Of a DNA stretch of 64,000 nt, positions 10,868 to 22,330 are shown one piece after another. The notes beneath the pieces are model-generated. The model searched no databases. It saw only the letters and a list, made by a program, of their open reading frames with translations, and was not told where the DNA came from. The translations under genes and the position numbers were made by a program. The stretch is from Ranitomeya imitator (Eukaryota), in assembly GCF_032444005.1 (NCBI RefSeq), contig NC_091286.1, positions 624,092,001-624,156,000 on the forward strand, given 5' to 3'. Each line of letters opens with the position of its first letter. The first letter of the stretch is position 1.

Positions 10868-12102
10868 TGGAGCGCCCCCAGACACAGGGCCACGAGTTCT
10901 CAGTATCGGGCCTCTCTGGTTCGGTTCTGAGGCTGTCACGGTGGCTAGATCCGGTCCGCGACCCTGCTAAGGGGCGTCCAATAAAGGTGGTGCAGTCTGT
11001 CAGGGGTTCGTGACGCCACCTGTGGTATTCGGTCAGGGTGACCGACGCTGCTGTGGGGTCCGCTGGGGTGATGGAATGGCAGCTGGATGGTATACCTTCC
11101 CACAGGTGAAGTATGTCCCCAGGGCTTCCCAGTAAGGTAGATGGTAATGGTGTAGGGTGCAGTCAATAACGAGGACACAAGGTTGCAGTCTCTTTACCTC
11201 TTTACTGTAGACTTCAGGATCCTCAATCCAGAGCACGCTTAACAGGGCTATCTGAGACCGGCCGGTCCGATGGGCACATCCAGAGTTTCCTTCGCAGATG
11301 GAAATCGTTGCCCACCACTAGCGCCTGTGTGTTGTAGTCCTACCCTGCTGAGCATTCGGAATAGTCCTCACAACTGCTGTTCTCGTTCGTTTGTTCTCTA
11401 CAGCTCTCTCTCTCTTTGGCTCTTATGGCTAGGACGCACCCGTATGACAGGAAGGCCTGGAGGTCTTTCGGGACCCTACAGACGCCCCTCTCCCACTGTT
11501 GCCCCCTATGTCTTCGTAGGTGTAGTAAGGTAGACAGCCAACCTATAATTAACTGTCCTGCGGAGTTCGAAGTAAGGCCTAGAGTCAGTTACTCCCGCGG
11601 TGTTCCGGCCACCGGCTACGCGCCTCAGTAAGATGTTGCCTCTCTCTCTCGGCACGACTCCTACTGGCTCTCCTTTGTGCTTGATCTCGTTTACACTGTT
11701 CCACAATATCCTTCCCTTTGTGTCTCTCTCTTGGATACCGCCGCGGGGTGTGCAGGCGCGGTTCCATTACGTTCTGCTCTGTTCGCTAGGCACCTGCCAG
11801 GTTCCCACGCCTGACAGGGACCCCCCTGTGCCTTCTCCCTGCAACACCCCCTGCCATGGGATGTTGCCTGAATCCAACCCAATCAGCTTCTGATTAACTT
11901 CCTCCCCAACCCCTAGTTTTACCAGTGTGAGGAGTGGCCCAATAAATAAAGCCTTTTTCTCCCCCTAGTGGCCGGAGTGTGAAGTGTAATGTGTTCTGGT
12001 GATACCTGGTCAGGAGAACTCCTTTAGTGCCATCAGACGTACCATCACTCCCCTTAGTGGCAGAGCGTCATACTGCAACGACCAGGTCTCTGGGGCGCTG
12101 CT
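10868..12102 (-). mobile_element. Solo LTR, Gypsy family A (copy A1, 1235 bp)
   Basis: Inverted termini TGGAGCGCCCC...GGGGCGCTGCT; 4-bp TSD GGAG (10864-10867, 12103-12106); homologous along its length to 36347-36881 + 45082-45802. Orientation inferred from similarity to the family-B LTR layout. Confidence 0.85.
10935..11018 (+). other. tRNA-Ser-like segment inside LTR A1 (antisense to the LTR); not a canonical tRNA gene
   Basis: Begins GTCACGGTGGC and ends GTTCGTGACGCCA, which is the reverse complement of the first 13 nt of the PBS at 37773. The ends pair as an acceptor-like stem. No canonical T-arm. Confidence 0.55.
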
Positions 12103-12256
12103 GGAGCATCTGCTCCAAAACCGAGAGAATCGCCAATCTTGATGAATCCCCTCAGTATCTTCTCCATGTGGGGAACTCATGATGACATTTGATGAGGAAC
12201 GTTTAAGTGCAGGGGTGTTGCACCTTGGCATTCCAGTGGGTGCGACAAGGACATAC

Positions 12257-12422
12257 CAGTCTTGAGAGGCATCTGCTTACAGTAGTTGGGTTCCAACTGG
12301 GACTCAGCAAAGAGAGACAAGCTGCAGGGATAGAATATGCTAAAAAGGAGCATGACAAACACTGTGAGCAACAACAGACAGCCAAGGAATAGTAAGTGCC
12401 CCCTGTGTCGAGCCACTGGGCC
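12257..12422 (-). CDS. Candidate isolated host exon encoding a hydrophobic (TM-like) peptide; unidentified
   Basis: Pyrimidine-rich acceptor TCTCTCTACATTTCTCCTAG| and donor G|GTATGT bound a 166-nt open segment: GPVARHRGHLLFLGCLLLLTVFVMLLFSIFYPCSLSLFAESQLEPNYCKQMPLKT. No homology recognised. Confidence 0.28.
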
Positions 12423-12858
12423 CTAGGAGAAATGTAGAGAGACTGTCTGTAGTGCAGCAGCTGAGCCCTACAGCTAAAATGCCCATAGACCAAAGGTCTG
12501 CTCAGACTCAGATTGATATATGGTTGTCTATTTATCTGCTTCCAGCTTGATTGAGGAACTAGACCACTAGAGTACCCTGAAAAAAGTATAATGTTCTCAG
12601 GTTTCCCTATGTAAATCAGCACCCTCACATTTTTTTTCCTAAAATCCCTCTTACAGCCCACCTACTGACAGAAGCCTACATAGAATTCCTGAGGTCCTAT
12701 AGCAAAGGTCCCAATCGGGCCGCACATTGGCCTTTGGCTAACATGACAACAGTTGAGTTCCCACAATACCGTCATAGTGAGTCCAATGGGGATGACAGAG
12801 AGCCCCACTTCTGTCTAACCATTTAACTGTCATGGTTGTGGATCGCCACCGCATCTAA

Positions 12859-13354
12859 GGCTACTTTCACACATCAGGTTTTTTGCATCAGACACAATCC
12901 GGTGAATGTTGGAAAAAGCGGATCCGGCACTGATTGTGAAAAACTGATGCGGCAGATTCGTTTTTTTCGGTCAGATCCGACTAGCATATCCAGATAATTG
13001 GATAAAAAAAATTTTTCAGTACGCTCAGTTTAAAAAAACGGAATCCGGTGCCGGAATCCGTCATTTTCCGGATCCATCACCTTCCGGCTCCCATACGTTT
13101 CCATTCTAGCAAACAGCTGGCGCTTCCGGCTTTTTCACCAGAGACAAAAAACGTTGCTATGGACGTTTTTTCCAGAAACCGGAAACAGCAGATTTGCCAG
13201 ATCCAGTGAAAACCGGACAAAACTCAATGTCATCCGGCACTAATACAAGTCTATGGGAAAAAAACGGATCCGGCGGCAACATTCGCCGGATCCGTTTTTT
13301 TTAAATTTAGCCGGATTGAGCCTGACAGCGAAAACCTGATGTGTGAAAGTAGCC
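12859..13354. mobile_element. PIF/Harbinger-type MITE (family H2)
   Basis: TIR GGCTACTTTCACACATCAGG...CCTGATGTGTGAAAGTAGCC, TAA TSD on both sides, internal CCGGATCCG repeats. Confidence 0.88.
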
Positions 13355-14026
13355 TAAGGGGTAAAACTGCTCCAATCACAGCATCAACTAGCTGATGTAA
13401 AATATTTGGCACCTGCCAGGTAAGGAGTGGGTTCATCTGCTCCATACAGGCCCTGCTAGCGTCTACCATACTTATACAATGGACGCTAGGAGAAGTGGGC
13501 AGATGTTATAAAGGTCATGGGCCTATAGGCACAGTGAGCCCCCATTCACTGGCCCCATAGCCATCACATATTCCCATTGGGGGTATGCCACTTTCTACGG
13601 CCTCATATACGCTGCAAAAAACTGAAAATTATTTCTACAGAATGACACTGGACGCAGAGTGTTCTGATGGGCACCTCCAGATCATGCTCAGTGACCACTC
13701 TGTGCCTGTTTAAGCCGCCACTGATTGATGTAGAAGACATCTCTTACGTCTGTAAGGAGGTGACGGAGACCTTCGGTTCTCCCTCTCTCCTTCATGCTGG
13801 TTCCATACACTTCATGTGGTACCCGGATGGTGTACCTGGATGTTAACATGTTAATGTTTTGCTGTTGTTCAATAATGTGTAATGCTATGTACCACTTATG
13901 CCTTAATGTTATACACTGTTAAATGTGCTGTGTCTCCCATGTATGATTGTTTTGCTGTGTTTGTTATGCACATGTTAGACGCAGGGACAGAAGGAGTTAA
14001 TTTAGGGGGCTGGACTTGAAGCCTTA

Positions 14027-15279
14027 GGCCATGTTCACACCATCCTTTTTTTAATGCTGAACCGCCGCGATTTTCCCGCTGCGGGTCCGCAGCTGTTTTC
14101 CATGCAGGGTACATTACATAGAAAACAGGAACTGCTGTGCCCACTTTGCGGAAAATCGCGAAAAAAGCCGTGCTGAATGGCCGCGGTAAAAAAGAAGTAC
14201 CATGTCACTTCTTTTTGCGGAACTGCAGCGGTTCTGCACCCATAGACCTCCATTGTGAGGTCAAACCCGCAGTAAAACCCGCAGATGAAGAAAATGTCTG
14301 CGGGTTTTCTGCGGTTTGTGGTGCAGAACCGCTGCAGTGTGGCTGCCCCCCTGTGCCCCAATCCCACCCCCCCATGCTCCGATGCCACTCCCCGTGCTCC
14401 GACGCCCCCCCGTGCCCTCATCTCCCCCCCTTATACTTACCCGGCCTCCCGGTGTCCGTCCGTCCGTCTTCTCCCTGGGCGCCGCCATCTTGCAAAATGG
14501 CGGGCGCATGCGCAGTGCGCCCGCCAAATCTGCCGGCCGGCAGATTCGTTCCAAAGTGCATTTTGATCACTGAGATATAACCTATCTCAGTGATCAAAAT
14601 AAAAAAAATAGTAAATGACCCCCCCCTTTGTCACCCCCATAGGTAGGGACAATAAAAAAATAAAGAATTTTTTTTTTTCNNNNNNNNNNNNNNNNNNNNN
14701 NNNNNNNNNNNNNNNNNNNNNNNNNNNNNNNNNNNNNNNNNNNNNNNNNNNNNNNNNNNNNNNNNNNNNNNNNNNNNNNNNNNNNNNNNNNNNNNNNNNN
14801 NNNNNNNNNNNNNNNNNNNNNNNNNNNNNNNNTTAACCCTAAAAAACTTCCTAGAAAACACACAGACTCTGCATAGAAAACCCCCANNNNNNNNNNNNNN
14901 NNNNNNNNNNNNNNNNNNNNNNNNNNNNNNNNNNNNNNNNNNNNNNNNNNNNNNNNNNNNNNNNNNNNNNNNNNNNNNNNNNNNNNNNNNNNNNNNNNNN
15001 NNNNNNNNNNNNNNNNNNNNNNNNNNNNNNNNNNNNNNNNNNNNNNNNNNNNNNNNNNNNNNNNNNNNNNNNNNGCCATTTTAACCCTAAAAAACTTCAT
15101 AGAAAACACACAGACTCTGCATAGAAAACTGCATAAAAAACGCACTAAAAAACGCATCAAAAACGCATCAAAAAACGCACCAAAAAAGCACCAAAAAAAG
15201 GACCTGCGTTTTCTGCCAAGAGCTGCGGTTTTTAGTGCAGAAAAAACAGCAGGGAAATCAGGAACGTGTGAACATGGCC
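14027..15279. mobile_element. PIF/Harbinger-type non-autonomous element (family H3), containing two N-gaps
   Basis: TIR GGCCATGTTCACAC...GTGTGAACATGGCC, TTA TSD (14024-14026, 15280-15282); N-runs at 14680-14832 and 14887-15074. Confidence 0.82.
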
Positions 15280-17120
15280 TTAAGGCAGCAGGAAGCTCCT
15301 GCTTCCTTGTCAGAGCCCAAGCAGGACTGCTTGCTGCAGGGTGTGTGTCCCCCCCGCTTGGGACAGAAGGAGCCCCCGTCTGGGACAGAAGGAGCCCCCG
15401 TCTGGGGCATAAGTGGATCCCCATCTGGGACGGAGCTCATCCCCATCTGGGGAGGACATAGGCTGCCGGAGGAATGTCAGGCAGCAGGCACAAGGACTGT
15501 GTTGGTGCCCCACCAGAGATTTTGGCTCCGGAGAGCTTGCTGAGAGTCACGGACTTTGTTGCTTCAGCCGTTGCTGTGTCTAGGGACAGAAAAGAAATAA
15601 TTTATCTCTTGTTCATTTCTACACTTTTATTATTAAAATACAAGTTGCCACTGTTGGGCCCTATACAGTGTGAAGTGTAGTTCATCCGAAGGACGTCGTC
15701 CCATGGTGGAGAACAGCTGCAGGACTGAGATAATCCACTGTGACCCAGGGCTGGGGCCAGAACTGTCATTTTATGTGCAAGGGGCCGGGGTGCTTCTGGA
15801 CTGTTGCTTTGAGAGACTTGGTTATGACTACCACCCCGTGCCACCTTGTTACATGTCATCCAGAGAACCAGCCAACTCTAATACATGTAGCATTGATCTG
15901 ACCAACTCAAAGAAATTTGCAGGGCTTTTTACAAGAGCACCATGGCCCCTTCATTCAATTTCCAGGGATTGGACCTCCATTGGCTACAAATAAAGTCTTA
16001 AGTATTTGCCATTAAATTATGTTTCTGGGGATGACCATCTTTTGGAATATTTTTCTTACTTAAATGCATGCATTTTTTGCTAAAAAATATTATTTGTATT
16101 TGGGTCTCATTAAAAACTTTGCACCATTCGCCTTCTTTATCCTCTGTGTTGCACTGTCAACTGCAGGCTGCAGAATGGATCAACTGAGAATCTGTCAGAT
16201 GTGAGCTCATTCTGACAGGCCAATGGGAGAATTGCTAACTCTTTAATATATTGTTTTGCTCTTCTCAGATGATTTATGACAATGGATCACATCAAAGTTG
16301 AATGTGCTAGGAAACAAAAAGCTTAGAAAGCTTAAGGGTTCAACATTTTAATGAAACAAATATCAAAAATGATTTTTAACCCCAAAAGCATTCATTTAAG
16401 AAAAAAAAACCCTTATATTTAGGCAACACCTTTAAAGCTCATATACATAGAACTCCTCCAATGGCTGGAATATCCCTTTAAGAGATATCAAGATTTGCAA
16501 CTTTACACAAATATCCTCAAACAGCAGAAGTTTCTTTGTAAATAGCTTTAAGGTTCATTGAAACATAAAACTTTTCATCTAAGTTCACAAAATCTACTGC
16601 TTCATTTTATTTTGCTGACCAAGAGGCTGCATTAATATTTCTTCAAAACAGACAATTAATGCCGCATTTTCCTGAGACTTTTTTGATCAGGATAAAAAGG
16701 GAGAGTATTTGAGAGAAAAAAAATATTGTTTGAACTAAGCCATATGGAATTATCTTTGAAGTTTTCTTAAATTTGCAAGTCTGCAGAGTAGAGAAGGTAG
16801 TCGAACAAGCTTACACACATTCAGAGGATAAGAAATTCTGCTGCTTTTATGAAGTTTGATATTTAAAGTGGTAGCCTAGCTTAAAAGGCGCTCATCCCAA
16901 ATAGCTGTTCGGGAAAGGGGAAATGCCATGTTACAAGGAAACAAAATAAAATATACAGCTCTCACAAGAGATGAAGCGGACATTTTGAAATTTGAATTTG
17001 TTAGCTTTGCCGAATTTTCCCCCAAAATTTAATTCATGAGAAATAAATTTGCCTGAATCTCAAAAATGGAAAGCTGATTAGTGCTTGCAAATTACATGTG
17101 GGTGAGAGGAGAGAAAGAAG

Positions 17121-18005
17121 GAGAGGACCCTGCTGACTATAAAAGCTTTTTTTAAAGGAAAGAGAGGACTCCGCTGACCATAAGCTCTTACACTCTACAG
17201 GAGAGAGGACCCTGCTGACCATAAGAGCTTACACTCTACAGGAGAGAGGACCCTGCTGACCATAAGAGCTTACACTCTGCAGGAGAAAGAGAGAGAGGAC
17301 CCCGCTGACCATAAGAGCTTACACTCTACTGGAGAGAGGACCCCGCTGACCATAAGAGCTTACACTCTACAGGAGAGAGGACCCCACTGACCAAAAGAGC
17401 TTACACTCTACAGGAGAGAGAGAGGACCCCGCTGACCATAAGAGCTTACACTCTACAGGAGAGAGAGTGGACCCCGCTGACCATAAGCTCTTACACTCTA
17501 CAGGAGAAAGAGAGGACCTCACTGACCATAAGAGCTTACACTCCACAGAAGAGAGTGAACCCCTCTGACCATAAGAGCTTACACTCTACAGGAGAGACGA
17601 CACGGCTGACCATAAGAGCTTACACTCTACAGAAGAGAGAGAGGACGCCGTTGACCATAAGAGCTTACACTCTACAGGAGAGAGGACCCAGCTGACCATA
17701 AGAGCTTACACTCTACAGGAGAGAGAGGAGCCCGCTGACCATAAGTGCTTACACTCTACTGGAGAGATAGAGAGGACCCTGCTGACCATAAGAGCTTACA
17801 CTCTACAGGAGAGAGGACCCTGCTGACCATAAGAGCTTACACTCTACAGGAGAGAGATAGGACCCCGCTGACCTTAAGAGCTTACACTATACAGGAGAGA
17901 GAGTGGACCCCGCTAACCATAAGAGCTTACACCATACAGGAGAGAGAGTGGGTCCCGCTAACCATAAGAGCTTACTCTTTACAGGAGAGAGGACCTTGGT
18001 GACCA
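17121..18005. repeat. Minisatellite, ~20 units of ~41-46 bp
   Basis: Repeated GCTGACCATAAGAGCTTACACTCTACAGG followed by a variable (AG)n-GACCC segment. Confidence 0.93.
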
Positions 18006-19960
18006 TAAGGCCGGTTTCACACGTCCTGATATTTCTGGTACCGGAAAAAATGGTACTGGAGATATTCATGTCCATGTGTGTACTATGTGTGGCACACGTT
18101 TGCTGCATCAGTACCACATGGACAGCCACTGGGGAAGAAGCACTACAGCAAGCGCTGTTCCTCGGTGGCTAGTGCTGAAGCCGGCTCTCATCATTCTCCC
18201 ATGCTCTGCCGGCAAGCAGAGGAGAATGATGAGCGTTATATTAACCCCTTTCTGCCATTGGACGTAATATTCCGTCCATGTGGGGTGGGCCTTAATTCCC
18301 AAGGACGGAATATTACGTCCAGCGCGATCGGCCGCGCTCACGGGGGGAGCGCCGCCGATCGCGGCCGGGTGTCAGCTGCTTATCGCAGCTGACATCCGGC
18401 ACTATGTGCCAGGAGCGGTCACGGACCGCCCCCGGCACATTAACCCCCGGCACACCGCGATCAAAGATGATCGCGATGTGCCGGCGGTGCAGGGAAGCAT
18501 CGCGCAGGGAGGGGGCTCCCTGCGGGCTTCCCTGAGACCCCCGCAGCAACGCGATGTGATCACGTTGCTCCGGGGGTCTCCTACCTCCCTCCCTGCAGTA
18601 AGTCCCGGATCCAAAATGGCCGCGGATCCGGGTCCTGCAGGGAGGGAGGTGGCTTCACAGAGCCTGCTCAGAGCAGGCACTTGGTAACGCTGCACTGCTC
18701 TCAGACAGATTGGTGATCTGTCAGAGTGCTGTGCAAACTGGCAGATCACCGATCTGTATTGTCCCCCCCTGGGGCAAAGTAAAAAAGTAAAAAAAAAAAT
18801 TTCCAAGTGTGTAAAAAAAAAAAAAAAAAAAAAATCCTAAATAATGAAAAAAAAAAAAATATATTATTCCCATAAATACATTTCTTTATCTAAATAAAAA
18901 AAACAAAACAATAAAAGTACACATATTTAGTATCTCCGCGTCCGTAACGACCCGACCTATAAAACTGGCCCACTAGTTAACCCCTTCAGTAAACACCGTA
19001 AGAAAAAAAAAAAAAAAACGAGGCAAAAAACAACGCTTTATTATCATACCGCCAAACATAAAGTGGAATAACACGTGATCAAAAAGACGGATATAAATAA
19101 CCATGGTACCGCTGAAAGCGTCATCTTGTCCCGCAAAAAACGAGCCGCCATACAGCGACAACAGCAAAAAAATAAAAAAGTTATAGTCCTCAGAATAAAG
19201 CGATGCAAAAATAATTATTTTTTTCTATAAAATAGTTTTTATCGTATAAAAGCGCCAAAACATAAAAAAATGATATAAATGAGGTGTCGCTGTAATCGTA
19301 CTGAACCGATGATTAAAACTGCTTTATCAATTTTACCAAACGCGGAACGGTATAAACGCCTCCCCCAAAAGAAATTCATGAATAGCTGGTTTTTGGTCAT
19401 TCTGCCTCACAAAAATCGGAATAAAAAGCGAACAAAAAATGTCACGTGCCCGAAAATGTTACCAATAAAAACGTCAACTCGTCCCGCAAAAAACAAGACC
19501 TCACATGACTCTGTGGACTCAAATATGGAAAAATTATAGCTCTCAAAATGTGGTAACGCAAAAAATATTTTTTGCAATAAAAAGCGTCTTTCAGTGTGTG
19601 ACGGCTGCCAATCATAAAAATCCGCTAAAAAACCCGCTATAAAAGTAAATGAAAAAAATGTATTTATNNNNNNNNNNNNNNNNNNNNNNNNNNNNNNNNN
19701 NNNNNNNNNNNNNNNNNNNNNNNNNNNNNNNNNNNNNNNNNNNNNNNNNNNNNNNNNNNNNNNNNNNNNNNNNNNNNNNNNNNNNNNNNNNNNNNNNNNN
19801 NNNNNNNNNNNNNNNNNNNNNNNNNNNNNNNNNNNNNNNNNNNNNNNNNNNNNNNNNNNNNNNNNNNNNNNNNNNNNNNNNNNNNNNNNNNNNNNNNNNN
19901 NNNNNNNNNNNNNNNNNNNNNNNNNNNNNNNNNNNNNNNNNNNNNNNNNNNNNNNNNNNN

Positions 19961-20145
19961 GGTTAGGGCTAGGGTAAGGGCTAGGGTTAGGGTTAAGGCT
20001 ACAGTTAGGGTTGGGGCTAAAGTTAGGGTTAGGGTTTGGATTACATTTGCGATTGGGATTAGGATTAGGGGTGTGTCTGGGTTAGAGGTGTGGTTAGGGT
20101 TACCGTTGGGATTAGGGTTAGGGGTGTGTTTGGATTAGGGTTTCA
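19961..20145 (+). repeat. Degenerate interstitial (TTAGGG)n-like tract
   Basis: GGTTAGGG/CTAGGG/ATTAGGG variants directly after an N-run (19668-19960). Confidence 0.85.
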
Positions 20146-20149
20146 GTTA

Positions 20150-22330
20150 TAATTGGGGGGTTTCCACTATTTAGGCACATCAGGGGGATCTCCAAACGCG
20201 ACATGGCGACCGATCTCAATTCCATCCAATTCTGCATTGAAAAAGTAAAACAGTGCTCCTTCCCTTCCGAGCTCTCCCGTGTGCCCAAACAGGAGTTTAC
20301 CCCAACATATGGGGTATCAGCGTACTCAGGACAAATTGGACAACAACTTTTGGGGTCCAATTTCTCCTGTTACCCTTGGGAAAATACAAAACTGGGGGCT
20401 AAAAAATAATTTTTGTGGGAAAAAAAGAGATTTTTTATTTTCACGGCTCTGCGTTATAAACTGTAGTGAAACACTTGGGGGCTCAAAGTTCTCACAACAC
20501 ATCTAGATAAGTTCGTGGGGGGGTCTAGTTTCCAACATGGGGTCACTTGTGGGGGTTTCTACTGTTTAGGTATATTAGGGGCTCTGCAAACGCAATGTGA
20601 CGCCTGCAGACCATTCCATTTAAGTCTGCATTCCAAATGGCGCTCCTTCCCTTCCGAGCGCTCCCATGCGCCCAAACGCTGGTTCACCCCACATATGGGG
20701 TATCAACGCACTCAGGACAAATTGGACAACAACTTTTGGGGTCCAATTTCTCCTTTTACCCTCGAGAAAATACAAAACTGGGGGCTAAAAAATAATTTTG
20801 AGGGGAAATTTTTTATTTTATTTTCACGGCTCTGCGTTATAAACTGTAGTGAAATACTTGGGGGCTCAAAGTTCTCACAACACATCTAAATAAGTTCCTT
20901 GGGGGGTCTAGTTTCCAATATGGGGTCACTTGTGGGGGGTTTCTACTGTTTAGGTACATTAGGGGCTCTGCAAACACAATGTGACGCCTGCAGACCATTC
21001 CATCTAAGTCTGTATTCCAAATGGCTCTCCTTCCCTTCCGAGCCCTCCCATGCGCCCAAACGCTGGTTCTCCCCCACATATAGGGTATCAGCGCACTCAG
21101 GACAAATTGCACAACAACTTTTGGGGTCCAATTTCTCCTGTTACCCTCAGGAAAATACAAAACTGGGGGCTAAAAAATTGTTTTTGTGGGAAAAAAATTT
21201 TGTTTTATTTTTACGGCTCTGCATTATAAACTTCTGTGAAGCTCTTATTGGGTCAAAGTGCTCACCACACATCTAGATAAGTTCCTTAGGGGGTCTACTT
21301 TTCAAAATGGTGTCACTTGTGGGGGGTTTCAATGTTTAGGTACATCAGTGGCTCTCCAAACGCAACATGGCGTCCAATCTCAATTCCTGTCAATTTTGCA
21401 TTGAAAGGTCAAACGGCGCTCCTTCCCTTCCGAGCTCTCCCATGCGCCCAAACAATGGTTTACCCCCACATATGGGGTATCAGAGTACTCAGGACAAATT
21501 GTGCCACAACTTTTGTGGTCCAATTTCTTCTCTTACCATTGGGAAAATAAAAAATTGGGGGCGAAAAGATAATTTTTGTGAAAAAAAAATGATTTTTTAT
21601 TTTTACGGTTCTGCATTATAAACTTCTGTGAAGCACTTGGTGGGTCAAAGTGCTCACCACACCTCTAGATAAGTTCCTTAGGGGGTCTACTTTCCAAAAT
21701 GGTGTCACTTGTGGGGGGTTTCAATGTTTAGGCACATCAGTGGCTCTCCAAACGCAACATGGCGTCTCATCTCAATTCCTGTCAATTTTGCATTGAAAGG
21801 TCAAACGGCGCTCCTTCCCTTCCGAGCTCTCCCATGCGCCCAAACAATGGTTTACCCCCACATATGGGGTATCAGAGTACTGAGGACAAATTGTGCCACA
21901 ACTTTTGTGGTCCAATTTCTTCTCTTACCATTGGGAAAATAAAAAATTTGGGGCAAAAAGATAATGTTTGTGAAAAAAAATGATTTTTTATTTTTACGGT
22001 TCTGCATTATTAACTTCTGTGAAGCACTTGGTGGGTCAAAGTGCTCACCACACCTCTAGATAAGTTCCTTAGGGGGTCTACTTTCCAAAATGGTGTCACT
22101 TGTGGGGGGTTTCAATGTTTAGGCACATCAGTGGCTCTCCAAACGCAACATGGCGTCCCATCTCAATTCCAGTCAACTTTGCATTGAAAAGTCAAATGGC
22201 GCTCCTTCCCTTCCGAGCTCTGCCATGCGCACAAACTGTGGTTAACCCCCACATATGGGGTATCAGCGTACTCAGGACAAATTGTACAACAACTTTTGGG
22301 GTCCATTTTCTCCTGTTACCCTTGGCAAAA
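20150..22330. repeat. Internal tandem array, about six units of 384-392 bp
   Basis: The anchor CTCCTTCCCTTCCGAGC recurs at ~20256, 20643, 21027, 21419, 21811 and 22202. Confidence 0.9.

Noticed and set aside
10935-11018. A genuine tRNA-Ser gene or tRNA-derived SINE
   Set aside because: There is no canonical T-arm/B-box (GTTCGAATC) and no 7-nt anticodon loop, and it lies inside a TSD-flanked LTR. Kept only as a tRNA-like motif.
11006-11021. The true PBS of a short TRIM-like element
   Set aside because: CA-GG-TGGCGTCACGAAC looks like an LTR-end/PBS junction on the - strand, but no second LTR follows. The inverted termini and TSD enclose the whole 1235 bp as one LTR.
15602-15993. Possible host exon or last exon in unique sequence
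   Set aside because: Short ORFs on both strands, with no recognisable protein and no convincing acceptor/donor pair.
17121-18005. CRISPR-like array
   Set aside because: The variable parts are AG microsatellite length variants rather than unique spacers; eukaryotic context and no cas genes.
14594-19966. ORFs containing long X runs (14594-15424, 19649-19966; also 31170-31664)
   Set aside because: Artefacts of translating through N-gaps.
19961-20145. True telomere or chromosome-fusion site
   Set aside because: The repeats are degenerate, in one orientation only, and enclosed within a TTAA-flanked transposon.
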